Below are positions 8,653 through 18,539 of a stretch of DNA of 46,501 nucleotides, piece after piece. The notes under the pieces are model-generated. The model saw only the letters and a list, made by a program, of their open reading frames with translations. It had not been told where the DNA came from and ran no database searches. The translations under genes were made by a program, and so were the position numbers. Numbering within the stretch: the stretch's first letter is position 1; each line of letters begins with the position of its first letter. Origin of the DNA: Rhodocyclales bacterium (GTDB lineage: Bacteria; Pseudomonadota; Gammaproteobacteria; Burkholderiales; Rhodocyclaceae); assembly GCA_016214175.1 (NCBI GenBank), contig JACRPB010000126.1, positions 1-46,501 on the forward strand, read 5' to 3'.

Positions 8653-8677
8653 CGCCGCGCTTCGCCGCGGCGTTTTT
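8653..8677 (+). terminator. Intrinsic terminator forming the riboswitch expression platform
   Basis: The stem cgccgcg (8653..8659) pairs with cgcggcg (8666..8672) around the loop cttcgc. TTTTT follows at 8673..8677, just before the cobT RBS AAAGGA (8681..8686). Confidence 0.65.
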
Positions 8678-8685
8678 CTGAAAGG

Positions 8686-9744
8686 ATGAATCGGATGCAT
8701 TCCACCCCCTATGCGGTCGCGCCCGTCGACCGCAGTCTCGAAGCGGCCCTGCGCCACAAGATCGATGCCAAGACCAAGCCGCTCGGCGCCCTCGGCCGGC
8801 TCGAAGACCTGGCGCTGCAAGTCGGCCTGGTGCAGCAGTCGCTGACGCCTGCGCTGGCGCAGCCGCACATCGTCGTCTTCGCCGGCGACCACGGCGCGGC
8901 CAAGGCCGGCATCTCGGCCTACCCGCAGGACGTGACCTGGCAGATGGTCGAAAACTTCCTTGCCGGCGGCGCCGCCATCAACGTCTTTGCGCGCGCCAAC
9001 GGCATCGGCCTGACCGTGGTCGACGCCGGGGTCGCGCATGACTTTGGCGCGCGGCCGAACCTCGTCGACGCCAAGATCGCGCCGGGCACCGCCAACTATC
9101 TCGAAGGCGCGGCGATGACGGGGCAGCAGCGCGATGCGGCCATGGCGCGCGGCGCCGTACTGGTGCGCGAGCTTGCGGCGCAAGGCTGCCAGGCCGTCGG
9201 CTTTGGCGAAATGGGCATCGGCAACACGGCGGCCGCTGCGCTGATCACCCATTGCCTGACCGGCGCCGCGCTTGCCGATTGCGTCGGCCGCGGCACCGGG
9301 CTGGATGACGCCGGTCTGGCGCGGAAACGCGAACTGCTGGGCCAGGCGCTCGCCCGCTATGACGGCGCCCATGGCGACGCGCTTGCCGTCCTCGCCCGCT
9401 TCGGCGGCTTCGAAATCGCGATGATGGCCGGCGCCATGCTGGCGGCGGCGCAATTGCGGCTCGTGGTTCTGGTCGACGGCTTCATCTGCGGCGCGGCGGC
9501 GCTGGTCGCGGCGCGTCTGGCGCCGGCCTTCCTCGACTATGCGGTGTTTTGCCACGCCTCGGCCGAGGCCGGACACAAGGCGCAATTGGCGGCGCTCGAG
9601 GCGCACCCGCTGGTCGATCTCGGCCTGCGTCTCGGCGAAGGTACGGGCGCGGCCCTGGCCTGGCCGCTGCTGCGCGCCGCCTGTGCGTTTCTCGACGAAA
9701 TGGCGAGCTTCGAGTCGGCCGGGGTGAGCGAAAGCGTTGCGTAG
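8686..9744 (+). CDS. cobT: Nicotinate-nucleotide--dimethylbenzimidazole phosphoribosyltransferase
   Basis: 352 aa with '[19 protein letters not shown]', 'VFAGDHG', 'GEMGIGNT' and '[12 protein letters not shown]'. The ATG at 8695 is better spaced from the RBS and may be the true start. Confidence 0.9.
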   Translation: MNRMHSTPYAVAPVDRSLEAALRHKIDAKTKPLGALGRLEDLALQVGLVQQSLTPALAQPHIVVFAGDHGAAKAGISAYPQDVTWQMVENFLAGGAAINVFARANGIGLTVVDAGVAHDFGARPNLVDAKIAPGTANYLEGAAMTGQQRDAAMARGAVLVRELAAQGCQAVGFGEMGIGNTAAAALITHCLTGAALADCVGRGTGLDDAGLARKRELLGQALARYDGAHGDALAVLARFGGFEIAMMAGAMLAAAQLRLVVLVDGFICGAAALVAARLAPAFLDYAVFCHASAEAGHKAQLAALEAHPLVDLGLRLGEGTGAALAWPLLRAACAFLDEMASFESAGVSESVA

Positions 9745-9841
9745 CGACGCTTCAGTGCCGGCTAATGCCCGCGATAGTGGGCGCTAGCCGGAACTAGAAA
9801 AGCCGAGACCCGCTTACAATGCCCTCCTTTACGTAGAGGGA

Positions 9842-10651
9842 ATGCCCATGACTGCACCTGCCGCCTTCAGCGGACTCGCCGTGCTCCTGGTCGAACCGTC
9901 GGCGACGCAGGCGAAATTCATCGCCGCACAGTTGAAGGGCGTCGGCCTCGAACAGGTACGCGTCGTCGACGGCGGCGCGGCGGCGCTCGCCGCCATGCGC
10001 GAGATCAGGCCCGATCTGGTGGTCAGCGCGCTGTATCTGCCGGACATGTCGGGCACCGACCTCGTCGGCGCCATGCGGCGCCAGCGCGACCTGGAGCAGG
10101 TCGCCTTCATCCTGATCTCGAGCGAAACCCGCCCGCAGGCGCTGGAGCCCGTGCGCCAGGCCGGCGTCTGCGGCATCCTGCCCAAGCCTTTCAGCGCCCA
10201 GCAGTTGATGACGGCGTTGACGACGACTCTCGATTTCCTGCGCCAGGACGGCGATCTGGTGCGCGAGCTGGACGGCGAGAACCTGCGCGTGCTGCTGGTC
10301 GACGACAGCCCGAGCGCGCGCAAATTCATGCGCCGCGTGCTCGAAAACCTCGGCATCGAGAAGTTCATCGAAGCCGAGAACGGCCGCGAGGCCGTGGCCA
10401 TTCTCGCCGATACCCAGGTCGATCTCGTCGTCACCGACTACAACATGCCGGAGATGGACGGCGCAGAGCTGGTGGAATACATCCGCAAGCAGAGCTGGCA
10501 GAACTCGGTGCCGGTGCTGATGGTGACCAGCGAAGCCAACAGCGGACGCCTCGCCGCGGTGCAGGAGGCCGGCGTTTCCGGCATCTGCGACAAGCCCTTC
10601 GAGCCCGGCGTCGTCAAGCAACTGCTCTGGAACATGCTCAGACAGCGCTGA
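9842..10651 (+). CDS. Tandem receiver-domain protein (degenerate REC followed by canonical CheY-like REC, no output domain)
   Basis: REC1 has 'LLVEPS...[14 protein letters not shown]...ILISSE...KPF', with Ala where the phospho-acceptor Asp belongs. REC2 has 'LLVDDS...[14 protein letters not shown]...LMVTSE...DKPF', which is fully canonical. The alternative ATG at 9848 is better spaced from GAGGGA. The stop overlaps the cobS ATG (TGATG at 10649..10653). Confidence 0.85.
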   Translation: MPMTAPAAFSGLAVLLVEPSATQAKFIAAQLKGVGLEQVRVVDGGAAALAAMREIRPDLVVSALYLPDMSGTDLVGAMRRQRDLEQVAFILISSETRPQALEPVRQAGVCGILPKPFSAQQLMTALTTTLDFLRQDGDLVRELDGENLRVLLVDDSPSARKFMRRVLENLGIEKFIEAENGREAVAILADTQVDLVVTDYNMPEMDGAELVEYIRKQSWQNSVPVLMVTSEANSGRLAAVQEAGVSGICDKPFEPGVVKQLLWNMLRQR

Positions 10652-11409
10652 TGCTGCGTCACGAAATCGAAAGTTTCTTCGCCGCGCTGCGCTTCTTCAC
10701 GCGGCTGCCGGTGCCGGCGTGGGTCGGCCACAGCCCGGATCAGCTCGACCGGGCGACGCGCTATTTCCCGCTGGTCGGCATCCTCGTCGGCGCCATCGGC
10801 GCGGCGGCAACCCTGGTCGCGGCGCAGGCGCTGCCGACGAGCCTCGCCGTCGTCGCCGGCCTGGCCGCGACCCTGCTCGCCACCGGCGCCTTCCACGAGG
10901 ACGGCTTCGCCGACGCCTGCGACGGCTTCGGCGGCTGCTGGGACAAGGCCCAGGTGCTGGCCATCATGAAGGACTCGCGCCTCGGCAGCTACGGCGCCAT
11001 CGGCGTGACGCTGCTGCTGCTGGCGAAGTGGAATGCGCTGATGGAAATCGACGCGGCCTACTTGTTGTCGGCCCTGGTCGCCGCCCATGCCGCCTCGCGC
11101 TTCGCCGCGACGACCCTGATGTTCGCGCTCGATTACGCGCGCGCCGACGACAGCTCGAAATCGCGGCCGCTGACGCAGCGCCTGAGCCGCGGCGCGCTGG
11201 CCGTGGCCGCCCTGTGCGGGCTTGCGCCCTGCGCCTTGCTGCCGCTGCCGGAAGCCATCTATGCCCTGGTCGCGGCGGCCGTGGTCACCCTGGCCGCGGC
11301 GCGCTACTTCGTGCGCCGCCTCGGCGGCTATACCGGCGACTGCCTCGGCGCGACGCAGCAGGTGGCCGAACTCGCCTTCTACCTGGGATTGCTGTGCGAC
11401 TTTTCCTGA
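10651..11409 (+). CDS. cobS: Adenosylcobinamide-GDP ribazoletransferase (cobalamin synthase)
   Basis: 252 aa, multi-TM, with '[14 protein letters not shown]...RYFPLVG...[11 protein letters not shown]' typical of CobS. Confidence 0.9.
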   Translation: MLRHEIESFFAALRFFTRLPVPAWVGHSPDQLDRATRYFPLVGILVGAIGAAATLVAAQALPTSLAVVAGLAATLLATGAFHEDGFADACDGFGGCWDKAQVLAIMKDSRLGSYGAIGVTLLLLAKWNALMEIDAAYLLSALVAAHAASRFAATTLMFALDYARADDSSKSRPLTQRLSRGALAVAALCGLAPCALLPLPEAIYALVAAAVVTLAAARYFVRRLGGYTGDCLGATQQVAELAFYLGLLCDFS

Positions 11410-11972
11410 TCCGGCATCCGCGCCCGGCCGTCGCCGACGGCATCTGCTACGGCCGCAGCGACCTGCCGCTGGCCGAGGATGCCGCCGCCTGCGCCGCGCG
11501 CCTGCGCCCGCTCCTGCCCGCGGCGCCGCTCTATAGCAGTCCCTTGCAGCGTTGCCGGCTGCTGGCGCAAGCGCTGCATGCGGCGCCGGCCTACGACGAG
11601 CGCCTGCGCGAAGCCGACTTCGGCGCCTGGGAAATGCGGCCCTGGCGCGACATCGGCCGTGCCGCGATCGACGCCTGGGCCGCCGATCCCCTGCACTTCG
11701 CCGCCCACGGCGGCGAAAGCGTGGCGCAGTTGCAAAGCCGCGTCCTCGCGTGCGTCGCAGACATCGCGGCCCGCCACGACGCAGCGGTTCTGGTGGTCCA
11801 CGCCGGCGTGATGAAAGTGCTGGCCGCTGCGCTGACCGGGATGGCGGAGGCCGAGTGGTTCCGCCTCGGCTTCGACTACGGCACCGCCAGTCTGATCGAG
11901 GACGGGCGGCTGGTCTGGCACAACGCGTCCACGACAGCGGACAATGCCGTTGGCGCGAGGGTGGCACAATAG
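11394..11972 (+). CDS. cobC: Histidine-phosphatase family protein, probable alpha-ribazole phosphatase
   Basis: GTG start at 11394 overlaps the cobS end. The protein reads '[11 protein letters not shown]...GRSDLPL...SSPLQRC...E.DFGAWE...ESV...VVHAGV', a phosphoglycerate-mutase-like RH...H pattern. Its position after cobS fits cobC. Confidence 0.7.
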   Translation: MRLFLIRHPRPAVADGICYGRSDLPLAEDAAACAARLRPLLPAAPLYSSPLQRCRLLAQALHAAPAYDERLREADFGAWEMRPWRDIGRAAIDAWAADPLHFAAHGGESVAQLQSRVLACVADIAARHDAAVLVVHAGVMKVLAAALTGMAEAEWFRLGFDYGTASLIEDGRLVWHNASTTADNAVGARVAQ

Positions 11973-11976
11973 CGCG

Positions 11977-13059
11977 ATGCTCCCAGACGCCATCCCCCTT
12001 GCCGAACTGCGCCGCGCGCTGGTCATCAAACTGCGTCACCACGGCGACGTGCTGCTGGCCTCTCCGGTGTTCACGGCGCTCAAGCGTGCCGCCCCGCAGT
12101 GCGAGATCGACGCCCTCGTCTATGCCGACACCGCGCCGATGCTCGAAGGGCATCCGGCGATCGCGGCGATCCACGGTATTGATCGCAACTGGAAGCGTCT
12201 CGGCCCGCTGGCGCGGGCGGCGGCGGAATGGCGCGTGCTGTCGGCGCTACGCAGCCGTCGCTACGATCTCGTCGTTCACCTCACCGAGCATCGCCGCGGT
12301 GCTTGGATTGCACGCTTGACCGGCGCGCGCTGGGCGGTGGCGCCGAAGCGTCCCGGCCAGGACCGATTCTGGCGCGGAAGCTTCAGCCATTTTTATGGCC
12401 AGCCAGCGAATGCCCGCCGCCACATGGTCGAGCGCAACCTTGATGCGCTGCGGCGTATCGGCCTGCAACCGGCCGCTGCCGACAAGCCCGTGCATCTGGT
12501 TCCAGGCGCCGGCGCCGAGGAACGCGTCACGAAGCTGCTGGCGCCGCACGGTCTGGCCGAACGCCGCTTTGTGCTGCTGCACATGACGTCGCGCTGGTTG
12601 TTCAAGTGCTGGCCCGCGGTGAACGTGGCGGCGCTCGCCGACGCGCTCCAGGCCCGTGGCCTGGCGGTTGTGGTGACGGCCGCGCCGGATGCTGCCGAAA
12701 AGGCGCTGATCGCGGCAGTACTGCCAGCGGTGCGCACACCGGTCGTCGATCTTTCTGGCCTCCTGAGCCTGAAGGAACTTGCCGCCCTGACGGCGCGGGC
12801 ATGCCTGTTCGTCGGCGTCGATTCGGCGCCGATGCACATTGCTGCGGCGATGGGCACGCCGACGGTTGCGATCTTCGGGCCCTCGGGCGAACTGGAGTGG
12901 GGACCGTGGAACGTGGCGCACCGCGTCGTTGCCAGCGATGCTCACCCCTGTCGTCCTTGCGGCATCGACGGCTGCGGCGGCGGCAAGATCTCCGAATGCC
13001 TGACGACGCTGCCGGTCGCGCGAGTCCTCAAGGCGTGCGAAGAACTCCTGGCGACATGA
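11977..13059 (+). CDS. GT9 glycosyltransferase, heptosyltransferase III-like
   Basis: The protein begins 'LRRALVIKLRHHGDVLLASPVF'. It also has 'VGVDSAPMHIAAAMGTPTVAIFGPS' and the C-terminal 'CRPCGIDGCGGGKISECL' that I associate with RfaQ-type heptosyltransferases. Confidence 0.8.
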   Translation: MLPDAIPLAELRRALVIKLRHHGDVLLASPVFTALKRAAPQCEIDALVYADTAPMLEGHPAIAAIHGIDRNWKRLGPLARAAAEWRVLSALRSRRYDLVVHLTEHRRGAWIARLTGARWAVAPKRPGQDRFWRGSFSHFYGQPANARRHMVERNLDALRRIGLQPAAADKPVHLVPGAGAEERVTKLLAPHGLAERRFVLLHMTSRWLFKCWPAVNVAALADALQARGLAVVVTAAPDAAEKALIAAVLPAVRTPVVDLSGLLSLKELAALTARACLFVGVDSAPMHIAAAMGTPTVAIFGPSGELEWGPWNVAHRVVASDAHPCRPCGIDGCGGGKISECLTTLPVARVLKACEELLAT

Positions 13060-14180
13060 AGATCGCCATCGCGCGGCAAAAGTACACGCCCTACGGCGGC
13101 GCCGAGCGTTTCGTCGCGCGCGCGCTCGAAGGCTTGCGCGCCAACGGCGTCGAGGTCACGATCATCGCGCGCGAATGGGAGGGCGACGCGGTGGGCATGC
13201 TGCGCGTCGATCCTTTTTATCTCGGCCGCACCTGGCGCGACGTCGGTTTCGCCCATCATGTCCAACGCATCATCGCCGAGGGCCGCTTTGACCTCGTGCA
13301 AAGCCACGAGCGCATCCCCGGCTGCCACGTCTATCGCGCCGGTGACGGCGTCCATGCGACGTGGCTGGAACTGCGCGACGCCGCGCGTGGTGGCCTGGCG
13401 CGCCTGCTGACCGATCGCTCGCCCTGGCATAGCTACGTCAAGGAAGCGGAGGCGGCGATGTTTCGCCACCCGGACTTGCGCGCCGTGATCTGCAACTCGC
13501 GCATGGTCAGGGACGACATCGCACGCCGCTTTGGCGTCGCGGCGGAGAAACTCCAGGTCATCCACAACGGCGTCGACCTCGACTGTTTCCACCCGGGGCT
13601 GCGCGACGAGCACCGCGGTCGCGTATGCGCGGGACTCGGCATCAGCGTCGCCGCGCCGATCATTCTCTGCGTCGGCTCGGGGTTCGAGCGCAAGGGCATT
13701 CCAACCCTGCTGCGTGCGCTGGCGGCGATGGCGCGGCAGGACGCGCATCTGATCGTCGTCGGCAAGGATAGACGGCTGGATGCCGCGGCAAAACTCGCGG
13801 CGCAGTTGGGCGTGGCGGACCGCGCGCATTTCCTCGGCGGCTTGCCGGACGTGCGGCCCTACTATGGAGCGGCCGACGTCTTCTGCTTGCCGACTCTCTA
13901 CGATCCCATGCCCAACGCGGCACTCGAAGCATTCGCCTGCGGACTGCCCGTTGTCACGTCGCCCACCTGCGGCGCCGCTGAACTCATCGAACCTGGACGG
14001 AACGGCCTCGTTTGCCCGGCACTCGACGCTGTCGCCACCGCTCGCGCTCTTGATGGACTGCTGGCGGACGCCGCAGGGTTGAGTTCGTCCGCCCGCAATA
14101 CCGTCGCCAGTCTATCGAGCACGGCCATGGTCGCGCGTTTGGCGGATTTCTATCGGCAGCTAGTCCCGCCTGTGGCATAA
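13056..14180 (+). CDS. waaG: GT4 glycosyltransferase, WaaG (LPS core glucosyltransferase I)-like
   Basis: 'MKIAIARQKYTPYGGAERFVARA...WEGD' parallels the E. coli WaaG N-terminus, and 'CVGSGFERKG' and 'EAFACGLPVVTS' are also present. The start forms an ATGA overlap with the upstream gene. Confidence 0.7.
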   Translation: MKIAIARQKYTPYGGAERFVARALEGLRANGVEVTIIAREWEGDAVGMLRVDPFYLGRTWRDVGFAHHVQRIIAEGRFDLVQSHERIPGCHVYRAGDGVHATWLELRDAARGGLARLLTDRSPWHSYVKEAEAAMFRHPDLRAVICNSRMVRDDIARRFGVAAEKLQVIHNGVDLDCFHPGLRDEHRGRVCAGLGISVAAPIILCVGSGFERKGIPTLLRALAAMARQDAHLIVVGKDRRLDAAAKLAAQLGVADRAHFLGGLPDVRPYYGAADVFCLPTLYDPMPNAALEAFACGLPVVTSPTCGAAELIEPGRNGLVCPALDAVATARALDGLLADAAGLSSSARNTVASLSSTAMVARLADFYRQLVPPVA

Positions 14181-14211
14181 TTACCCGTTTTTTTTCAATG
14201 ACTTTTCTCCG

Positions 14212-15981
14212 ATGAGCCTGGAGGCGACCGCCACACCGACGAGCCGGGAGATCTACCTTCGCCTGCTTGGCTACGTTCGTCCTTACTGGCGGGTTTTCGT
14301 CGTCGGCATACTGGGCATGATGCTGACGGCCGCGGCGGAGCCGCTGTTCCCGGCGTTGATGAAACCGTTGCTCGACGGCCATCAGAAAGGCGCTACCCCA
14401 GGCCCTTTCTGGTTCTATCCGCTGGCCATCGTCGGCATCTTTCTGCTGCGCGGCGTCCTCGGCTTCGTCACCAACTACGCCATGGCGTGGGTCGCCAACC
14501 GCGTCGTCATGGACCTGCGCATGGCGATGTTCCGGCGGCTGGTCCGCCTGCCGACGCCTTACTACGACGACCGCTCCTCGGGCGCGCTGATCTCCAAGGT
14601 GGCCTGGGACGTCATGGGCGTTTCGTCGACGGCGACGACCGTGCTGACCGTCGCCGTGCGCGACTCGCTGACGCTGGTGGCACTGCTGTCCTGGATGATC
14701 TGGCTCAACTGGAAGCTGGCGCTGATCTCCGTCGCCATGGCGCCGCTGATCGCCTTCGCCGCGAAGAACGTCTCGCGGCGGCTGCGCGGGCTGGCGCGCA
14801 CGGCGCAGCAGGCCATGGGCGACGTCACGCACGTGCTCGAAGAGGCCATCGAGTGCCACAAGGTGGTGAAGATTTTCGGCGGACAGGACTACGAGACCGG
14901 GCGCTTCGAGAAGGTCAATGCCGCCCAGCGCGCCAACGCTATGCGCATGACCATCGCCGCCGGCCTGTCGGGACCGCTGACGCAGACGATGGCCTCGGTC
15001 GCGCTCGGCGTCGTCATCGCCATTACGCTGTGGCAGGTGGAGCGAGGCGAGACCACGCTCGGCAGCTTCGTTTCCTTCATCACCGCCATGTTGATGCTGC
15101 TGGCGCCGATGAAGCGCCTCACCGATCTCAGCGGCACGCTGCAGCGCGGACTGGCCGCGGCGGAAAGCGTCTTCGAACTCATCGACGAGGCCGCCGAACA
15201 CGACGCCGGCAGCATCGACCTGGCGGCTGCCAAGGGCGAACTCGCCATCGAGGACGTCGCCTTCTCCTATGCCGGCACCAAGCGCGAGGCGCTCGCCGGC
15301 ATCTCGCTCGCCGTGCGCCAGGGCGAAATGGTCGCGCTGGTCGGTGCCTCGGGTTCGGGCAAGACGACGCTCGCCAACCTGGTGCCGCGCTTCTACCATC
15401 CCGACCGCGGCCGCATCCTGCTCGACGGCGTCGACATCGAGACCATCCGCCTCGACAGCCTGCGCGCCAACGTCGCGCTGGTCTCGCAAGACGTCGTGCT
15501 GTTCAACGACACCGTCGCCGCCAATATCGCCTACGGCACCATGGGCGCCGCCGGCCGCGCCGAGATCGAGGCGGCGGCGCGGGCGGCGCATGCCCACGAG
15601 TTCATCCTCGCCATGCCGCAAGGCTACGACACCCAGGTCGGCGAGAACGGCGTCAAGCTCTCGGGCGGGCAGCGTCAGCGCCTGGCGATTGCGCGGGCGC
15701 TGCTGAAGAATGCGCCGGTGCTGATTCTCGACGAGGCCACCTCGGCGCTCGACACCGAGTCGGAGCGCCACGTCCAGGCCGCACTCGAAACGCTGATGCA
15801 GAACCGCACCACGCTGGTCATCGCCCATCGCCTGTCCACCATCGAGCGCGCCGACGCCATCGTCGTGCTCCAGGCCGGCCGCATTGCCGAGCGCGGCACG
15901 CACGCCGAACTGCTCGCGGCGAACGGCATCTACGCCCAGCTCTACCGCATGCAATTCACCGAAACGGCCATCGCCCCATGA
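14212..15981 (+). CDS. msbA: Lipid A export ABC transporter (permease/ATPase) MsbA
   Basis: 589 aa with six N-terminal TM helices. Walker A is 'GASGSGKTT', the ABC signature is 'LSGGQRQRLAIARA' and Walker B is 'ILILDEATSALD'. Confidence 0.9.
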   Translation: MSLEATATPTSREIYLRLLGYVRPYWRVFVVGILGMMLTAAAEPLFPALMKPLLDGHQKGATPGPFWFYPLAIVGIFLLRGVLGFVTNYAMAWVANRVVMDLRMAMFRRLVRLPTPYYDDRSSGALISKVAWDVMGVSSTATTVLTVAVRDSLTLVALLSWMIWLNWKLALISVAMAPLIAFAAKNVSRRLRGLARTAQQAMGDVTHVLEEAIECHKVVKIFGGQDYETGRFEKVNAAQRANAMRMTIAAGLSGPLTQTMASVALGVVIAITLWQVERGETTLGSFVSFITAMLMLLAPMKRLTDLSGTLQRGLAAAESVFELIDEAAEHDAGSIDLAAAKGELAIEDVAFSYAGTKREALAGISLAVRQGEMVALVGASGSGKTTLANLVPRFYHPDRGRILLDGVDIETIRLDSLRANVALVSQDVVLFNDTVAANIAYGTMGAAGRAEIEAAARAAHAHEFILAMPQGYDTQVGENGVKLSGGQRQRLAIARALLKNAPVLILDEATSALDTESERHVQAALETLMQNRTTLVIAHRLSTIERADAIVVLQAGRIAERGTHAELLAANGIYAQLYRMQFTETAIAP

Positions 15982-17072
15982 GGATCGTCCACACTGAGGC
16001 GTCCTGCGGCTGGGGCGGCCAGGAACTGCGCATCCTTACGGAGGCGGCCGGCTTCATCGCCCGCGGCCACGCGGTGACGCTGCTGTGCCCGCCGCAGGCG
16101 CGCATTTTTTCCGCCGCGCCGCGTTACGGCATTCCGGTCGTCGCCCTGCCGATCGGCCGCAAGAATATCGCCGGGCTGCTGGCCATGCGGCGCTGGCTGG
16201 CGCAGCACCCGGCAGACGTCGTCAACACCCACAGCTCGACCGACAGTTGGCTGGCCGCGCTCGCCTGCGCCACGCTGCGCGCCGCGCCGTCCATCGTGCG
16301 CACGCGCCACATCTCGGCGCCGGTATCTGCCAACGCTGCGACGCGCTGGCTCTACACGCGCGCCACGGCGCACATCGTCACCACCGGCGAGAAGCTGCGC
16401 CGCACGCTGATCGACGCGCGTGGCTATCCGGGCGAACGCATTACCTCGGTGCCCACCGGCATCGACACGGCGCGCTTCGCGCCGCGCGATCGCGCGGCGG
16501 CGCGCCAGGCGCTCGGCCTCGATCCGGCGCTGCGCTACGTCGGCATCGTCGCCACGCTGCGCAGCTGGAAAGGCCACCACTACCTGATCGAGGCCTGCGC
16601 GCAACTCAAGGGCCACGACTGGCGGCTGCTGATCGTCGGTGACGGTCCGCGCCGGCAGTGGCTCGAAGACATGGTGGCGCGGTTGAATCTTGCCGAGCGC
16701 GTGCGCTTCCTCGGCCATCGCGACGATCCGGAACTCTGGCTGCCGGCGCTCGACGTCTTCTGCCTGCCGTCCTACGCCAACGAAGGCGTGCCGCAGGCGA
16801 TGTTGCAGGCGATGCTGAGCGGCTTGCCGATCGTCACCACCGATGTCGGCAGCATCGGCGAAGCCGCCGTCGACGGCGCCACCGCCCTCGTCGTGCCGCC
16901 CGAACAGGTGCCACCGCTGGCGGCGGCGCTCCAGCGCCTGCTCGACGAGCCCGAGTTGGCGCAGCGCCTCGGCGCCGCCGCCCGCGCCGCCGCGCTCGAA
17001 CGCCACGGCTTCGAGACCATGGTCGACGCCATGGAGAGAATTTTCGCTTCCGTTTCGCGCCCGCCATCATGA
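15978..17072 (+). CDS. GT4 glycosyltransferase
   Basis: The protein has 'MRIVHTEASCGWGGQELRIL...', 'ATLRSWKGHHYLIEA' and 'EGVPQAMLQAMLSGLPIVTTDVGS' (GT4 E-x7-E region). The start forms an ATGA overlap with msbA. Confidence 0.82.
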   Translation: MRIVHTEASCGWGGQELRILTEAAGFIARGHAVTLLCPPQARIFSAAPRYGIPVVALPIGRKNIAGLLAMRRWLAQHPADVVNTHSSTDSWLAALACATLRAAPSIVRTRHISAPVSANAATRWLYTRATAHIVTTGEKLRRTLIDARGYPGERITSVPTGIDTARFAPRDRAAARQALGLDPALRYVGIVATLRSWKGHHYLIEACAQLKGHDWRLLIVGDGPRRQWLEDMVARLNLAERVRFLGHRDDPELWLPALDVFCLPSYANEGVPQAMLQAMLSGLPIVTTDVGSIGEAAVDGATALVVPPEQVPPLAAALQRLLDEPELAQRLGAAARAAALERHGFETMVDAMERIFASVSRPPS

Positions 17073-17806
17073 ATCCATCCCTTCCCCCCAGCGACCTTGC
17101 CGCCAAGGCCGAGCAGGAGCGCGCGGCGTTCGCGGCCCGCATCGCCGACATTCCCTATGAACGCAAGGGCATCCTGTTTTCCGAAATGTTCTTTCTCTGG
17201 CTGTGCGCCCGCGAGCTGAAGCCGCGCCGCGTGCTCGAATCAGGCCGCGCCCGCGGCCAGAGCACGCTGATCCTGTCGCACTGCTTTCCCGAGGCCGAGA
17301 TCGTCAGCATCGAATACGACCGCAATTCGCCCGACGTCGCCGTCGCCGCGGCACGCCTGGCCGGCCGCGACAACGTGCGCCAGCTGTTCGGCGATGCCAC
17401 GCGCCTGCTGCCGGAGATGCTCGCACCAGGCGATATCGTGCTGATCGACGGCCCCAAGGGCTATCGCGGCCTGCGCCTGGCGCTGCGGCTGCTCGCCTCG
17501 GGCAAGACGCCGGCGGTGTTCCTGCACGACGCCGGCCAGGGTTCGATCGAGCGCGGCTTCCTGGCCAAACGCCTGCCGGAAACCTTCTATAGCGACGCGG
17601 CGGAGTTCGCCGCCGTTGCCCATGAACTCGACGGCGGCACCTGGGACGAACTCCCTGCCGCGAACCGCTGGACCGATGCCGGGCCGCCCGCCGCCGGCTA
17701 CGGCGTCGGCCTCGCCTGCCTGCCCTGGAACGAGCGACGTTCCTACCGCGCCAGCCTCGCCGGCGCCGTACTGGACGGTTTCGTCCACCGCTTAAGCAGG
17801 AAGTGA
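17069..17806 (+). CDS. Class I SAM-dependent methyltransferase (O-methyltransferase-like)
   Basis: 245 aa with 'VLESGRARGQSTLIL...IVSIEYD...GDIVLIDGPK', a Rossmann-type SAM-binding pattern. The start forms an ATGA overlap with the upstream GT4. Confidence 0.65.
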   Translation: MNPSLPPSDLAAKAEQERAAFAARIADIPYERKGILFSEMFFLWLCARELKPRRVLESGRARGQSTLILSHCFPEAEIVSIEYDRNSPDVAVAAARLAGRDNVRQLFGDATRLLPEMLAPGDIVLIDGPKGYRGLRLALRLLASGKTPAVFLHDAGQGSIERGFLAKRLPETFYSDAAEFAAVAHELDGGTWDELPAANRWTDAGPPAAGYGVGLACLPWNERRSYRASLAGAVLDGFVHRLSRK

Positions 17807-17816
17807 TGGAGACCCC

Positions 17817-18533
17817 ATGAACTTCGACTGGACGCAGATCTCGGACGACCCCAACAATCGCCAAGCCAAGGCCGAGGTGCGCGCCTTGCTGCCGCGCCTG
17901 CGGCAGGTCCATCTGGATGCCGACCTGACCGGTTTCGTCGAGCAGGCCGTTGCCGGCAAGCGCGTGCTCGACATCGGCGTGGTGTCCCACAGCGCCCGCT
18001 ACTTCGACGAGGCCGGCTGGCGCCACGGCCGCATCCACCGCGCTGCGGGCTATTGCCTCGGTCTCGACATCCTCGAACCGCTGGTGCGGGAACTCAACGA
18101 ACGCGGCTTCAACGTGCGCTGCGTGGACGCCACGTCGGCGGCCGATCTGGGCGAACGCTTCGACGTCGTCTTCATCGGCGACGTCATCGAGCACGTCGCC
18201 GATCCGTCGGCGCTGCTACAGTTCGCCAAGCGCCACCTGGCGCCGCGCGGGCGCATGCTCGTCGCGACGCCGAATCCGTTCAGCCGCAAATTCTTTCGCC
18301 AGTTCATGCGCGAGGGCGTGATGGTGGTCAATCTCGATCACATGGCCTGGTTCACGCCGACCACGGCGCTCGAGCTGGCGCGCCGCAACGGCCTCGACTT
18401 CACCGCCTACCATCTGGTCAAACCCATCGGCGGTTTTCAGCGCCTGCTCAAGAACTTCGTTTGGCGCTTCCGCCTCGCGCCGGTCGAGTACTCGTTCCCA
18501 GACTACCTGTTCGAATTCTCGCTGCCGGAATAG
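17817..18533 (+). CDS. Class I SAM-dependent methyltransferase
   Basis: 238 aa with motif I 'RVLDIGV' and 'FDVVFIGDVIEHVADPSALLQFAKRHLAPRGRMLV'. Confidence 0.75.
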   Translation: MNFDWTQISDDPNNRQAKAEVRALLPRLRQVHLDADLTGFVEQAVAGKRVLDIGVVSHSARYFDEAGWRHGRIHRAAGYCLGLDILEPLVRELNERGFNVRCVDATSAADLGERFDVVFIGDVIEHVADPSALLQFAKRHLAPRGRMLVATPNPFSRKFFRQFMREGVMVVNLDHMAWFTPTTALELARRNGLDFTAYHLVKPIGGFQRLLKNFVWRFRLAPVEYSFPDYLFEFSLPE

Positions 18534-18539
18534 CGGTCG

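Noticed and set aside
7822-9606. 594-aa minus-strand ORF spanning cobU, the riboswitch and cobT
   Set aside because: It runs through a recognisable riboswitch and lies antisense to cobT in a different frame from cobU. It has no motifs.
10719-11393. A 417-aa single protein read from ORF 10719..11972
   Set aside because: The first 225 residues are an out-of-frame read across cobS and give Arg/Pro/Gly nonsense. Only the part from GTG 11394 resembles a histidine phosphatase. The same logic was applied to the long N-terminal extensions of ORFs 12606.., 14487.., 16658.., 18053.., 21945.., 22571.., 23440.., 26088.., 28510.., 35901.., 42842.. and 44633...
10438-12174. 578-aa minus-strand ORF opposite cobS/cobC
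   Set aside because: It is a shadow ORF with a low-complexity Arg/Ala/Gly translation.
14188-14195. An 8-T run between the waaG-like gene and msbA as a terminator
   Set aside because: I found no convincing GC-rich stem immediately upstream. The gap is only 31 nt inside an otherwise tightly coupled gene run.
13984-15954. 656-aa minus-strand ORF opposite msbA
   Set aside because: msbA on the plus strand has unambiguous ABC motifs, and the antisense translation is low complexity.
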